Below, one piece after another: positions 39,901 through 64,000 of a stretch of DNA of 64,000 nt. This stretch comes from Euglena gracilis (lineage: Eukaryota): positions 7,327,425 to 7,391,424 of the forward strand of contig CP154954.1 of NCBI GenBank assembly GCA_039621445.1, read 5' to 3'. The position numbers and the translations under genes are program-made. Below the pieces are notes generated by a model that saw only the letters and a program-made list of their open reading frames with translations, was not told where the DNA came from and did no database searches. Each line of letters begins with the position of its first letter. The stretch's first letter is position 1.

Positions 39901-42900
39901 ACTGGAAAAAAGGTCGCTTCAAAGCAACCGGGGCACGAGGAGGCACAAACCTTCGTAACGGCCCAGAAAAAAATGGCAGGATTTTCAAAAAAGGGCCGGA
40001 AAAATTTGGCAGGATTTCTGTACGCCAATTTTTTCCCAATCAAATTTTTCGGCCTCCAACCCCCCCCATATATATGTATACACACACATACATACACATA
40101 TACATATGTGTATGCATATGTACATATACATATACACAGACAATCGAGATTTGAATCTGTTCACTTTGCCTCTAAACAGGCGAGTCACCGGGGTGGGGCA
40201 GCCAACGAAAGACATCAGAAAAAAATATTCCATGCTTTTAAAGGCACCACATACAAATAAATATCCCATCCTTCAAAATGACACCGTGCCTGTTTGGGGG
40301 GCACAGGCACCATTTTGTGAGGGTAGTAGGGTATGCATCACTGTGACCCCCAGCTGGACACCCAAGGGGCAAGCCACACCTCCCGGCGCTTCACCCAGCC
40401 ATCGGGGCCAGGCGAGCCGACTGCGGGGCTGGCGGGCCGGCGGCACGCGAGGGCGTCCGTCACCATCCCCAGCGCCACTTCCAGCCACAGGTCGTAGCTG
40501 CGTGCCAGCTCCGCCAGTGCTTTGGACTCTGACCAGGGGGAGCGGGAAAGCGGAGGAGACCCGTGCCTGGGTCTCAACAATGCAACACACTGAATTCTTG
40601 GGAGTGCCTCACTACCCCCCCTCCCCTTTGTCCAACGACCACCCCTTTATAATGACCACCCCCCGGTCACAGGTTGCAGGTAATGGGGGGCGTACGACCA
40701 CCCCCCCCCTGGTCAAAGGTTGCAGGTTTCAAAAAAAAATTGACGGTTTTACCCAGCGGTAGATTTCCCACCTCCCCGCTACAGGATTTTTTCTGCTATG
40801 TTCCGCCCCCCAGCAACGTCAGAAGGCTGCTGTGCAAATGCTACACCGAAGGGGTGCAGGGCAGGCACTATTCCGCGGGCACGGTATAGAAGCCTTTCTG
40901 CCGGTGATACAACAATTTTCGGGATAAAATCCCATCGATCAGATCCTTTGTGAGGTAAAGGTTCCCGTTGAAAACGTGCGCCAAACTCCAAATTCCACGT
41001 GTTGCTTTTTGCAAACAACACCACCTTTTTGGAATCTGGCTCTGGCGCTGTCGTTCATGACACCCCCTCAGGAGCAGCCGCTGTGTTTGGGCTTACCTCC
41101 TTTATGATTTTTTTCCCGCTTTTCGACGAGCGTGAGCCTTTGCCCCCTTTATGATGACCACCCCCCGGTCACAGGTTGCAGGTGATGGGGGCGTACGACC
41201 ACCCCTCCTGGTCATAGGTTGCAGGTAAATGGTCGTTGGACAAAGGGAGGGGGGGGTACCTGGCTAGCCGATGAAATGCTTGGTAAAGGCAGCAGAGAGT
41301 TATGAAATCCTCCTGTTGCAGGTGGCATGAACATGCAACAACGCGCAGACAAAGCATGTTTCTGGATGAACGAACCACACTAGAGACGTTTCATTATTAA
41401 AAAAAAAAAACCATCAACATATCCCATTCTTTCTTATTTTTTTATAACTTAATTTACAGCATGTGTGTGGTGGGGGGGTGGGTGGTGGGTGGGTGGGTGG
41501 GTGGGTGGGTGGGTGGGTGGGTGGGTGGTGGGTGGGTTTGTGTGATACCTAGAACCATAATATAGCTTATGAGCTGTATTTCTGGATGATCTGCGTGTCA
41601 TTTTCCAAGGAGTGGTACAAGGGTACTACCCCCCCGAAAAAAGAAGGTGCATACAGCTTTAATAAACCATAGCGTTGTCAATATAACGATGTTGAGCTCA
41701 AAATGAAGAAATACATACAGCACATGTGCTCTACCCAGTTGCCCTTTTAGAAATGTGGCTTATATACACCCAAACACACAACAACGTCAAAATCAACATC
41801 ATGACAACAACCAATAACTACGTGCACACATAAACACACACACACACACACACACACCAATGATACGGCGCATCATGGTGCTCTTCACAAAGTGGAGGCC
41901 GCAATAGATGTCCAGCACCACCTCCCCCTCCAGCACCTCCCGCCAGCACAACAACGTCTCCGCACGGAAGCAGTCGCCATACATGACCTAAAGACAGGAT
42001 GTCAACCCGCCATAACCCAACCGAAAAGCAAATCACACTGAAAAAAAGCATCCTTAATGCCGACACTACAATCAGTTCCTCTTATGCCTTCCTTTGGAAG
42101 CATCTATCCCTTTTTTCCAGCGACTTCGGTGCTGATGCCTTGGTCAAACCATACGAGTTTTTAACCCGCATCTTCCCCTGCGGGACACCAGACCAGGTAC
42201 CACCTTCAACTTCGGTCGTCTGTCTTCCTTTTTTTTCTTTTTTTTCTTTGTGTTGTGGGACTTGTAACCATTGGGTGGGCGAAACAGAAACGTTGAAAAT
42301 TGGGGGGAGAAACAGCAAGCGAGTGTGACAATGTAATTGCAGGTGGGGATGGTCCGGACCCCACTTCGGCAAAGGGGGAGGAGTCTGGCAGAAACCTCTA
42401 AATCTGTCCTTATATCAAACCTGTTCGAAACCTGCATATCAAAACCTGGATCGTCCCAATGAAGCGGAAAAAACGTCGGAGGCTTTCTTTTAATTCGCCT
42501 TCACAGGATGGGACACTGTGGAAGCGAAATGACAGACACTGGTACCAACTGTTCGCAGGGGATATTGAAGCATAATTCAAAAATGATAGAAGAGTTGCGA
42601 ACATATCGGAAAACTGATATCAGGAGTGTTCACATTGCTCTTGGAGGGGGCTTGGAGAAAAACCAAAAATTTTGGGAATATGCTGATTCCAAAAAAAAGA
42701 AATTATAAAAAATGAAGAGAAAAGCAAAAAAGTTGGAGAAAAGTTTGGCCCAGAGGGAAAAACCTGGTCTAAAATGCAGATTTTTTCCAATCATTTCGCA
42801 GCAGAAACTCGGAAAAAAAAAGCAAAGACCGACCACAAAAAAAGCAAACACCGGCTTTCACCAAAACAAAAATAACACAAAAAAACGTGCCTGCCCCCCC

Positions 42901-45900
42901 TCCTTGTGAACCATTTGAAAAAATGGGCAGAATGAATTGCATACTCCATTCCAGTTCTATCAATAACGAAGGAAGAAAAATTAAAATATGAGGGGAAGAC
43001 CAAAAAAAGTCATGCAAATTGAAAAACTTAATTTAGGTTGACGGGGGGGGGCAACATAAAAGATGGTTCTAATAATCTGGCGCCCCTGTTTTATTATGGC
43101 AAAAAAATCCTCAACAGCACTGAAAGTAATGCCAAAATAACCTGGCGGGGGGAAATGAAAACACTGTTCAAGTGATATGGTAGTCCTCCACTTTGTATTT
43201 GTGGGGGGGGGGGTGTTCCCCCAGTGTAGACACGGTCCCAAGGCAACCTCGGGGGTGCGGGTGGCACTCTGCACCACAAGGGTCTTGGTCTCTGGCAGCT
43301 GCAGGTAGTAAAATGCATGGTGTTCGTATGCGGACACCCACGTCCGCTTCGGCATGGAGACCTCTGTGGAAAAGACGGCCTGCGGAAAAAATATAGGAAT
43401 GCGAAATGGTTTGGAATGCGCATCTGCCCGTGTGATATGCATACTATGTGTACCTTTTGGGTTGTGTTACACTGGGTGGCCACTCAAATGAGGTCCTTGG
43501 GCTGCCCAAACAAATATCCAGCATTGCCCCCAGGGGGTTTCTTAAGGACCCCCCCCCCGGGGGGGAGGGTCCATCCTCTGGCTGGCAAAAAGGCTGCTGG
43601 CTGGATTTGAGCTGGCTGGCTGGACCCCCCCGGGGGGTGGGAGGGAGGGGGGAGGGGGGGGTCCGGGGCTGGAGGGGGCTGGACTGGGCTGGGTTGGTGA
43701 AAAACAAAAATTTCTAAATTTCTAAATTTCTAAAAAAAATTTTTGGCCATTTTCGACATTTTGGTGGATGGAGCTAGATCAAGGCTGGGGGGCTGTGATG
43801 GATGGAGGAAGCTGTGGTGAGGGGAAAAAATGCAGGGATAGGTGACCTGGGCAGCCCAGTTGGCTGGCCAGCCTGCGGCCGGCTGGCCCGCCGGTTCGGC
43901 CTCAGGCGGGACCGGCCTACACTTTATTTCACTGGGCCCCGGGGGGGGGCTCCCACCCCGAATTTGGGCTGCTGGCTGGATTTGAGCTGCCCCCCCCCCC
44001 CCCGGGGATAGGGTACCCTCCGGCTTAAGAAATCCCCCTGATTGCCCCTTGTCGCTAATTGCGGGGGGAGGGGTGCCTTCCCATAGCAGGCACACCTCCT
44101 GGGGGTCGGTTTTAGACCCCTGTGCCAAGCCAATTTTCCCTGGAAAACGGCATTTTTGGTCTTCGGCGCCGGGGTGACCATAGCACTACCCACCCCAAAA
44201 TCCCCCCTGGGGGCCCTGCCTGCCCATAGCCCCCACCCCCCCCAGGGGTTGCACTTCCTTAAAAAGAAGTCTGGCGGAGGAACATGATTTTTTTCAGGAG
44301 ACCTGCTTGTGGGGCGTTCGTAAGAAATACTACCAGGGAAAAGAAAAAAGCCTGTACCAAAACCCTTTTTATTATTATTAAATATTATGAGTGTTGGGTT
44401 GGATTTCGTTGATGTCAATGAAAAACACCTCAAGAAATCAATTTCTCATCTTTCTGGCCATTTTCTTTATTATTTCTGGACCCAGACCGCCTGGTACACA
44501 CCTAGACACCCCCCAGGGGGGATTCAACGTGTGTGTGCGCCCCCCTGCGGATGGGGGGGATGCGGATCAGACCCAGACTTCCTGGTGCTGATTCTTCCTG
44601 CGGCTGTTGCAAATAGGAACAACCCCGCAGTTCTTGAGAAAAAATTAAACCTTCGGAAAGACGAAATTACTGAAAATTTGTTGTACAGATGACAACAAAA
44701 TGATTTTTGTTTGTTTGTGAAGAAAAAAAAAAACAATAATGATAAGACTGAATAATAATAAAAATAAGACTTTGCATCTGAGATTTACACCAAAAACATT
44801 CGGAAATACGATTCCTCTGAATTTATTGGCTTCTTGGAGGTCTCCACAAATGCATCCAAAAAAATAAATTCCGATTAAAATCCGATTCCACCAAATTCCG
44901 ATTTTTAGATGTGCATTTGTATCAGGTGAGGAATTACCACAAATAGTGGTGTGAGCTGCACACAAACACAATGGCTCACCTGCCGGCTGCCAGCCCATGC
45001 CCCCTGCCCTTCCGGGAGCGATCGTTCTGCCCATTCCTGCACCTCAACTACCTTGTCACCCTGCCGCTGGTGGTACGCCGACCACAAGCACCGCCGAGGT
45101 TTTGGTCCTGGACTGTATTGAGTTGCCATCCGTCCAGTGCATTCACCCAGATTCTTTGTCACCAGACATTTTCCTCAGGGGGATCCAAAAAATTCAAACG
45201 TTCTGCCGTTAAATTAAAAACAAACAAGCAGCAGACAAAAGTGAGGCATTAAAAAGCACGTACAATGTTCCTTTTTTCCGTGGATGCAGAAAAAGGCACT
45301 GTATTCCAGGAGGTCCAGGGTGGAGATGCTTGTTTGTGAAAAAGGCAGAGCTGGAGTCGAATAGAGCGGCGAAGACATCCTCCAGCCGGACCCCTGCACA
45401 GTGAGACGGTGTGTGACTCTCAAAAAAAAAAAAAAAAACACCAAACATCCCAAATAGGAAATACAAACAACATCCGGACATCGTGCACAATATACTGGGA
45501 TTTTATGGTACATGCAAATGTTTGCATCCCATCCCCCCATTCATGAATCATCTATCGATGCAAACAAATCTATGTTGATATAATACCGCGAATAATCGGA
45601 CACAGGTGGCTCACACAAAAATCAATCCAATCTGAGACATGTCTATTCCATATGACAACAATGTCAAAAACGCATGGGAGGCACACTCTGCGATACCTTT
45701 AGGGAACGAGACATTCATTTTCATCGGCTTCTTCAAGATGTCTGCCACCGGGCAGCCACGTGCACCCGCACAAGAAGATAAGACCCCGCCCACTAACCCG
45801 ATTTGAAATGGTTCTGATTTTTGTTTGGTGGTCGGTGGTGTATAGATCTGTGGATATGAAATCATTTTCCTCCTTCTAAGAACCAAAAACAATTCTTCAA

Positions 45901-48900
45901 CGCGGGTCCATGCGCAGAAGCCAGCCTCTCCAACACTGTTCACCGCCTCTTCGATCGAAGTAATTGAAGGGTTTGGCTGTAGCAATGGGGCAAGCGGAGG
46001 ACACAACATCCAAGGCCTTTCACAAAAACTGAGAGAGAGGTTAAAAAATTAGAGATGAGGTTGGAGTTGCTACATCAAATTCCATTCCTGTTCTGGAAAA
46101 TGGAAAACAAATTTATCTTTAGCAATTTTTCATCCTGTTCACATCAAAATGGAGTATAAACAATTTCCTCGACGATCAATAAGGAAATCAAAGCAATGGG
46201 ATATCATGGAAAGCGATGGGATTTAGAAACTCATTGTAATAAGAGGGAATAGAAAACAGCCGACACGCTATGGCACGCCATTAAGGTTTGCACATGCCAG
46301 TTGACAACAGTTTCATTTGTGTTACTTAAATCTCAAATATGAAAGAGAGTGCCTGTTTCAGCGTAATCCCTGCAACACATGACCGCCAAAATAAGACACC
46401 TTCTCGGGATATTGAGAAAAAAAAACCCAAATTTTTTTAATTATTTTTTTGCCTTTTTTACATTTGTTCACAATCACATTTTTGAGAAAATTCGTGCTTG
46501 TTGCCATAATTGCTCTGGCCCTATTTTTTTATCTTTTTACGGGTAAGTTTTTTCAATATAAATGTTTTGGCAAAAATGCACAAACCGTTAATTTTTTAAG
46601 CAATGGACCCAAAAACAGACCCACGTCTTTGGGGAGTTTAAATGAGGCAAATTTTGTTTTCTGGGTACGCGTCAAAACCCCAAAAATTTTTCTTTTTGGG
46701 ACCCCCTGTTTGGAAAAAAAAGTTTTTCTCACCAACACAGCCCTTTTTTTTATGGCTTCTTGCAAGAAATTTTACAAAGCTGTGGTCAGGAGTTCAATAC
46801 CAGATTTGACCTCATCATCGAACGGGCAAACGTACAAATTTGTATTGTCTCAAGCAGCCATTGCTGAGGGGCTTGTGAACCATGTACCTAGTGACCACAT
46901 CGAAAGGATACGAAATTCGCAACCACTCCATGACTTTGCTTAGGCGGCTCGCTCTTAAGGTTTTTTTGGGTCGATTTGCGCATTTTCGCACACCGACCTT
47001 TTTTTTTTTTGATTTGGGCGCTGGCGTTGTGGGGGCCGCCGGGGGGGGGGGGGGGGGTCAAAAACAAACGCTCATTTTCGGCTCAAAAACAGGTTTTCTG
47101 GGTCCGGGAGACCATAAAACATCGTTTCGGGCAATTTTTTTTCGACTTTTTTTTTTTACCAAAAATGACCGAAAATGGCTAAATCAAAACAGGTCAAAAC
47201 TGTACAAAATGGCCAAAATCGACCGAAAAATGGCCGTAACTCGGGCCCGGCGGGGAGTTGCGGGGAAATCAAAATACTTGTAGATTGGGCATTTCAAGGC
47301 TTCAAATCTAGGTCTCCGGACGTTTCCTTTGATTCCCCACCATTTTCGAGAAATTTCAGACAAAGGTGAATGCGTCACCCAGCAAGCTTTGATTGTTGAG
47401 CTTCCCTTCGACGCCGTGAATGATGACTTCGGAACAGAACTCATGGCAAAAGCCAGTGTTCTTCATGTGCTCGACCATTGTTTCCCGTGGTTTTCTCTCC
47501 TCGTCAATGGAGACCCAAAATTTTGACTTTTGGGACCCCACCAAAATTCTTGGGCCGATTTTGGGACCCCCCCCCAAAGACACAAAAACAAAACCCAAAC
47601 TTGAGTGAGGTGAGACGCTGCTGCCGCGGGGGACACGGCACACTTGGATCGCAGGCGTGCGACTGATGGAAGACGGCGGGGTCGCTTTGAACCGCCGCTG
47701 ATGCTTGCTTGCCTTGCCCTTTGCTTCCAGGCTGAAGGCGGTGGGAGGCTGCCGTGAATCATGGAATGATAACCTAAGAATATTTCACGTGAACCCCTCA
47801 CCCCTATTTGGCCGCCCTTCGGACAGCCTGGACCCCCTTCCTGCCAAGTCAGGGGGTGGGGACAATTTGGAGTGGGTACGCATGACCCCCTGTTGGTTGG
47901 TTGGGCTCGAGCGGATTGGGGGGGGGGGCAAAAAGGGGGGGTCACGTTACCTCTGTTATGAGGCACCCACGGCCACTCCCCATTCTGGTGCTCTGGTCAG
48001 CTTTGGTCGGCCGCAATCGGCCCTGGTTGGCCCCAGGCATATAACCCGGCGAGTTGTGGTGGGGGGGGATTGAATAATGAAAGTGAGAGCCTGTTGAGGG
48101 GGTGTCGCCATTTGCAGCCGGCTCGGTGTAAAACCACCACACAAATATTTCGACATCTCACTGGAAAATGCCAGGGAGAGGCCTTGCCAAACTTCTGCTG
48201 CAGTTTGGCGCTGCTGCCAACCCTCCCGCTGCCCAAGTGGCTTTTAGGAGGGTGGAAAATACATTCAGAAACCTTGGAACCCCAAAAAGAAATTCCAAGG
48301 GCTGTTGTCCCAGGGGAAGGGCGACGCAGGGCATAGTTTCTTGTTGTGGGGGTCTAATTCTTGACTATTTTGGTCAGTGTACATCATTTTGGCAACGTTT
48401 TTGGGCAACTTTAGACCATTTCCCCAATTTCAACCATTTTAAACCCTCGGACAGGCAAAACACATGATCGACTGACAACATGCACAGCCAGCCTGGTCGC
48501 CAACGTCGGTCCAAAATGGAAACCTACCACATGAGGCCCAAAAAGAATACATCGACCCTATCGGTCCTTGTCACCCTTGTCGACCTGGAGCAGCCGCAAA
48601 TGGCTGGTTCTCATGAAAAATGGAGGAAGACAAAACCACGACAAATGCATAGTACATAATAAGCATCTGAAATTGAAAAGAAGATTAATGGAAAAATACA
48701 CACAGCTGCTATTAATGGCACATGGAACAAAAAACCTTAACTTTCTCATTCATTTATGCTGGCATCCGCGGTACAAAATGGCAAACCCATTTTCTGCACG
48801 TTGCTCCTCAGCCACCTCTTGCGAAGACTGCAAGCAACAAAGAGCAGTATGTTAGCAAAATCCCAGCCAGTTTTCAGGACATGGGGTTACTGGATCAATT

Positions 48901-51531
48901 ATTTGTCATGAAAATGTGGTCAAAAACTTACTCCCCAGCCCGTCCATAACGTCCACCATTGGTGATTATGTTGAAACAGGGGGTGCTTTCCCAACATAAT
49001 GCTTGAGTGCTAACAAATGCTGACACAGATTTTGGAGCAAATTAGGGTGCCCCCATGAACAAAAGGAACGTGCACAAACCCCAGCGAGCACCAGCCCAAA
49101 ACGGCAAGGGGCACACCCCCTCATTGTCGCTGGAGCTGCCACTGGACCGCACCCGCATGGACCCCGCATCGGACTCAGCCCCGGCGTCCGACAACCCCGC
49201 CGTGGTGGACAGCTCGGCGGCCAGTGGCGGGTCGGGGGCGTTGGCCCGCTGGTGTTCACGGTGCGCCTCGCTGAGCATGGCGAGCGCCTGCGATCGGAGC
49301 CCAATGTGTTGCTGCCAGATGTTTAGGATTTCCGAGGCCGTGCCAAACACATACTGCCATTCAGCCATATCCAATAAAAAGACCGTTGCGCAACAGGGAT
49401 TGGCAGGGTTAACCAGCAATGCTCCAGGGTCAGGCTGGGTCAGTGCTTTGGAATGCCTGGGCAAGTAGGCACCCCCCCCCCCGGGGGGTGCCAAAAAGTG
49501 TCCAAAAATGGCCTTTTCTGGGCTCCCGGCACCTTCGGCGCCTTGCCAGGCACCCCCGGGGTGGAGTCGGCACTGCCTTAAAACTCAGCCGGTCCAGCGT
49601 TCTTCCAAACCAGGAATGTACACCAACCATTTGTGAGACGCAAACACACCTTGTCGCGGGTGAGGAAAGAGGTGAAGAAATGTGTTTGCCCATCGACGGT
49701 GGTGACGGTGATGGCATTGTTGAACAGGTCCAGAGTTTTTGCCTCCCGGATTGCTTGGATGGCCGGATAGCCCAGCAGGAGCCGCGGCCCCAACATGAGT
49801 AAAACGCGAGGTGGCACTGACGTGAGGCAAATGACACAATATTGACTGAAGACAGGTGTTCCCAATTAATCACAGATGCAGGCAGAGGGAGGAGACCATA
49901 ACACCGAACGACAGACAGAACGGAATAATATTTCCTTAAGGCTGATTTTTTTAAAATGCTGCCATCAAAATGTTTCTTCATTTTGATGGAGCCAGTTTTC
50001 ACTTCAAAATGGGCAAACAACAAGCCCAGTTGTGAAAGACAATGAAAAATGTGGTCAAATACTCCAAATTTAGTACAACTTCAAATCAGTGAATGGGCCG
50101 GAAGCTTTTTTTTTTATAAGACAACGCTTTTTATTGAAATTGAAATATGGATTGCATTTGAAACCATAAAGATAGATAGAAGACATTCTCGAATCCCCCC
50201 GCGGAAAATGTCATGTGGCAAGTGACAATCTACCATGCAGGTTTGTGGACTAACTGCACGTGCTAAAATGGTTGGTGATGGCCTCATCGGAGTTACAGCT
50301 TTTTGGGTAGGGGTAGACATCACCGTCACAAACATTTCTGTGCTTTAATAACTTCTTGACTTTCATATTTTCAACCAGGGTGCTGAATGGAAGAGGGTTA
50401 CCGCTAAAAAAAAAAAGGCTGGTCTGTACCATATGACAATACTGATTAATTTCTAATAATCAATTATAAATGCGAGCCCTTGAACAGGAGTTGACTCCAA
50501 TCTGGGATTCAGACTGTCTGAGACTTCGATTTTACAGAGGTTGCTTTGCAAGGAATTCGGACTCAATTCAAACACCGCTAATTTTGCCCCCACCGCGACC
50601 ACAACACACTCACTCGGGGTCAACACACCCGCAGCACGTACATGCGCCCTTGCCGCAGGAAGCTCTTCTGGTATGCGCATGCGAAATCCTCCACCAGTGG
50701 TTCCGGGACAGGGAGCTCAAACAGCCGCTGAAGCTGCATTTCCTGCAGCGCATAATAGGGGTAAATGGCGGGGTGGGTGTCAGTAAAACCGATCCGTCAA
50801 TCACAAAACTTAGCCTGGGAAAAAATTCAACCAATTATGCACTCAGCTTAAAGAAAACACTTTTCCAGGCAGGAATAAACCCGACCACCCGCTTCTCCTT
50901 TTAACCCCCTCCCTGGGTCCACACTCCCAAACCATGACCGATAACCCCCCCCCCCTGTTCGGTGGTCGGCCCAGATGGGGGGGGGGGGTTGTACGTGGAG
51001 GCTGAGTGTGTAACTGGATGGGGTACAAAAGTGCCCCCTATTCGGTAAATTCATGGTTTTTTTTTGCCAAAACCTCAGAAACTGGCATGCCCACCACAGC
51101 GGTTCGTTTTTTCGGTACACCGTGTGATTTTCTGGCACACTTTTGCCTCTTAGTCTTTCATCCTTTTTCCCTGTTGGGGCATCCTATAACCACCAGGGGA
51201 TTATAAAAGGGGTTTACATTGATACAAATAAGTCCCCTATGCCTTTGGTACAACCAAATCCCTGTTCAACCATCACAGCGCCCAGTGTCAAGATTCAAGA
51301 GTCAGGAGTTTTACACCCGACTGCACAGGGCACTTTACGCTAACCAGCATGTGGCACCTTCTCTGATCGCTCATCATATGAAAGCGTCCTGCTCTTCCCT
51401 GCCTTCTTTTCATCCTTCTTGGCATCCTTTTTCTTCTCCTCCTCCTTGTGGCTTGCTTCTTTTTTCTTATCTTCCTCTCTCTGGCTGCATTCCTTCTTCT
51501 TTTCCTCTTCCTTCTGGCTGGCTTCTTTATC
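29494..51531 (-). CDS. GRAM + VASt domain membrane protein (LAM/Aster/GRAMD1/VAD1-like sterol transfer protein), multi-exon; ends uncertain
   Basis: GRAM: 50742-50629 EMQLQRLFELPVPEPLVEDFACAYQKSFLRQGRMYVLR, and 49816-~49630 CHLAFYS..IREAKTLDLFNNAITVTTVDGQTHFFTSFLTRD. VASt: 45394-45336 VRLEDVFAALFDSSSAFF, 45079-44980, 43379-43248 ..LVVQSATRTPE, 41987-41858 VMYGDCFRAETLLCW..LHFVKSTMMRRII, 40529-~40400 ESKALAELARSYDLW. Hydrophobic exons lie at ~35466-35355 and ~29670-29494; their assignment to this gene is inferred. K/E-rich exon at 51531-~51345. Confidence 0.82.
29552..29580 (+). repeat. Interstitial telomeric repeat (AGGGTT)n
   Basis: Nearly five perfect units inside a GC-rich coding-like segment. 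Confidence 0.9.
36019..36807. mobile_element. MITE-like element with four internal tandem units
   Basis: TIR ATGGCACAAAGTGGGGCCCC / GGGGCCCCACTTTGTACCAT. The core TTTGTGGTCAAATCGCGGGACGT recurs at ~36181, 36295, 36433 and 36573. Confidence 0.75.
40613..41258. mobile_element. MITE-like element with TA ends; related sequence at ~23680-23950
   Basis: TIR TACCCCCCCTCCC(C)TTTGTCCAACGACC / GGTCGTTGGACAAAGGGAGGGGGGGGTA, internal CCGGTCACAGGTTGCAGGT repeats. Confidence 0.75.
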
Positions 51532-52838
51532 CTGCGGGGACCAGATGACCACACCAATGCTGTTGTGCAACAAACACATTTTTGCACATTCGAAAAATCA
51601 CCAAACCAGAAGGCAATACTGGTTGGAGTGGCATTTTGGACAATACAGACTCTGTGACCAGGGGCGAGGGGGTGCCTTGCACTCTAGCGTGCTGTCCATA
51701 ATGGGTCCTCAATTTGTTTTGGGCCCGACCCAGGCATTTATTTTCATGGCATTTGGCATTGGCAGAACAGTCCGGAGCACTTTCGGCGTTGGAGGGGTGC
51801 TCTAACGCAACCCACTCCAAAACCTGACTGCAACAAAAAAAGAGTTGAAAATACAAGCTCATCCATAGCTTCCTTAAAAAGAGTTCAGATTAGCAAACAA
51901 TTTAGCACACCGTCTCAGCAGTCATCCAGGGATCATCTGTGCAAAGCACAAACAATCATTTGGGGAGAGGGCTTGATCTGAGAAGAGGGCAGTCGTCACC
52001 GTTTAAAACATTCAAATATTGGTATTCTTTGGCAGGTGCAAAAACGTCAGCGAACAGTGTTCCAGCCTGCTACACCCTCCAGGATTTTTAACAAATCTCC
52101 TGCCAGGAGGGGAAAATACGCACTGTTGACATTTTACAACTCGCAAACTACACAGAAAAACAACAAGAAGAAAGGTGCTGGATGGCACCAAAAAAATGGT
52201 AAAATCTGGAGACAACACCCCCCAAAACCAGCAAAAAACCATTTTGACTTGTTTTAGGACCCTCTCACACATAGAAGGATTTTTTTCTGACGAAAATTTC
52301 AACAAAATATTACATTTTTTGTTTTTTTTCTAAAAAAAAAAACCCTCAAAAAAAAAAACGCCCCCTTGGATCTTTCAGCAGCCGACCCAAGGAGCATGAC
52401 CAGGTGCCTTATTTAGTGGGTTATAGCTAGGTTCCCTGCCAACATCAAGCCAAATTATTTTCCCCCGACTGCCGAGGCATCATGGAGATAACCACGTCGT
52501 TGAGATTTGAATTTACTCATTTTGATTGCTATCACTATTTTGTTTCTTCTTCTTCTTGTTCTTCTTTGTTTCTTCTTGTTTCTCTTTTCTTTTCTGTTCA
52601 GTAGAAAATTCTCAAGCAATTGCAAAGAACTCAAAGCATAAAATCACAAAGCTTTCCCTGACAGACAACGGGGGAAGCAACGAGCTGCAGTGGCGACAGA
52701 AAGAGTAACACGGAAGGGTCGGCCCCTGAAACGGCCGCGAGCTCAGCAGAGCGCTGGGCAATGCCCAAAGGGCAGGGTCAGTGGGTAATGAGAGTAGAGG
52801 TGGGGGGATAGAGCCACAGCGGGGCCACCCGGGGTCTG

Positions 52839-62414
<9,576 letters not shown>

Positions 62415-62499
62415 GCACCGCGGGGGCGGCCCGGCGCGGTGCGGTGAGCAGGCACAAAAAGGGAGGGGCTGCTGGATTCGGGCAGGTGGAGAAGGGAAG

Positions 62500-63955
62500 A
62501 GAAAGCAGCACTTTGTCCCTCGCGCGGCGCAAAAGCCCAGTGTCAGCGGTTTGTCTCCAGAAATTGCTCTTTACGGCGGTGAAGGGAATGATAACGGTGA
62601 TGATCATCACAATGGTTACCTGAATCATTAGGACAAGCACAAAAGCCCGTGCTACCGCACAGGCCCTATTTTACTGACACAGGGTGGATGCACGGGACGG
62701 AGCCGGATCCAAGCGCAGCAGCCCACGGTGTGTTTCGGATGCCAAACCGACCCCTACGCATGGAATCGCGTTGGCATTCGCCGACAGCGCGGGCGTAGGC
62801 CGTTACATTGCTCCCGTTAGTAGGTGGGTAGACAATAGTAACAACAGTAATAATAGTAATAGACAATATAATACAAATGAGCAAATGGCAGGAAGCAATC
62901 ATATCAATTTACTTGTTGCACAGTATCCTATTTCAAACCAAATAAAATGTACTTTTTCTGGTTTGTCCACCAAGAAAATACACTTCCTCTCGGTGGCTTT
63001 GATCAACATATTCCTATGAAGAATATCTATAATCCAGGTTTTGATGTAGGGCCAAATACAAGGAAATTTGTGACCGGGAGGAGGGGGAGGGCTGAAACCT
63101 AGGGGTGTATAATTCAGGGATTATTCGGGGGGAGGGTGCTCACTTGGGCACAATGAAAAGAACAGAAAAAAATCATCCAACCCAATCAAAATATACCCAG
63201 CCGGAATCCCTTATCACACTCCCCAACATCACACACCCTGCCTCCCTCGCATCAAGCAAAAAAATGAGCAAATATGGTTGCTGAGCGTTGGTTTGTGCAA
63301 AAAAATGACGTTACGCGCGTTTGTGCATACGTCAAGTGCGTGCGTGCATGCACGAGCCTATCTATGTCTATCTACGTATGTATTATAGCCTATGCATGCA
63401 TCTACTGGAAGCAGTGGCTGGGGGGTTATGGATACTGGGGAAGAAGTTGCCAGAGACAAGCATGACACCCCACTCCACGAGTCTGGAGAAGACTCACCAA
63501 ACACAACCATCACCAGGGGGGGTCAATAGACGCGACACAGAAAAAAAAAACGCAAATTGCTTTTGTATGCAAAATCCTTTAGGAGGTCCGGGATGCAAAA
63601 ATTTTCTCCTGGAGAGGACTGAGGTAAATTTGGCCAAAAGTTTGCCAATTTTTGTCATTTCTTGCATTTTGGTCAAATATTACATATTTTCATATAAATT
63701 GAAAATTTTTCTTTGCAAAAAAATGGAAAAATTTGACAAACTTTTGGGGAAAAAAAGCCAAGAAACAAAAAACAACAACAAAAAAGCAGACCCCCCCCCC
63801 CTGCCATCACCAGCCAAACCCCACGAGGGCGACGTGACGACGTGACGAGGCACCACCACCAAACACCCCAACCACGTCATGAACCAACCCACTGCAACCT
63901 CAAACTCTGCCAAGGACAACAGCCACAGGAAACATGACGAGGACCAACCCAGCAA
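62500..63955 (-). CDS. Possible exons of a further membrane-protein gene (partial)
   Basis: Hydrophobic, coding-like segments at ~62500-62620 (VTIVMIITVIIPFTAVKSNFWRQ, after a TTCAG acceptor) and ~63850-63955. No family recognised. Confidence 0.25.
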
Positions 63956-64000
63956 GCAAAAGAAATCAGACAGGGGGAAGGGAATGCAGAGAATAAACTT

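Noticed and set aside
42082-42372. ORF first considered as a VASt exon
   Set aside because: Flanking exons 43379-43248 and 41987-41858 join directly (TPE|VMYGD) through GT-AG, so this region is intronic.
49790-49800. Frameshift inside the GRAM exon (HLAFYS / MLGPR) as programmed frameshifting or pseudogenisation
   Set aside because: A single-base loss is most simply an assembly indel; the remaining recognised exons look intact.

Overview
Eukaryotic, repeat-rich genomic DNA. It is very likely from a euglenid (Euglena-like): several introns lack GT-AG and instead have base-paired ends in the +4/-6 register, and interstitial TTAGGG repeats are present. The first ~14 kb is a nest of retroelements. 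It holds a degenerate chromodomain-bearing Ty3/Gypsy element (+), a degenerate DIRS/Ngaro-type gag-RT-RNaseH element (-) with a head-to-head second gag copy, and a compact 1.9-kb LTR element. That small element has 283-bp LTRs, a tRNA-Ala-like PBS and a PPT, and its only recognisable cargo is a Dam-type amino (probably N6-adenine) DNA methyltransferase with a basic C-terminal tail; it is the most unusual feature here. The rest holds four reconstructable intron-rich host genes, all on the minus strand: two tandem MAPEG/MGST3-like paralogs, a GRAM+VASt (LAM/Aster/VAD1-like) sterol-transfer protein and a membrane-anchored histidine-phosphatase (PGM-like) protein. Their introns are filled with MITE-like fold-back elements and TA microsatellites. 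Homopolymer indels suggest a noisy long-read assembly, so individual frameshifts are provisional. All domain calls are by eye from motifs; no database search was run.
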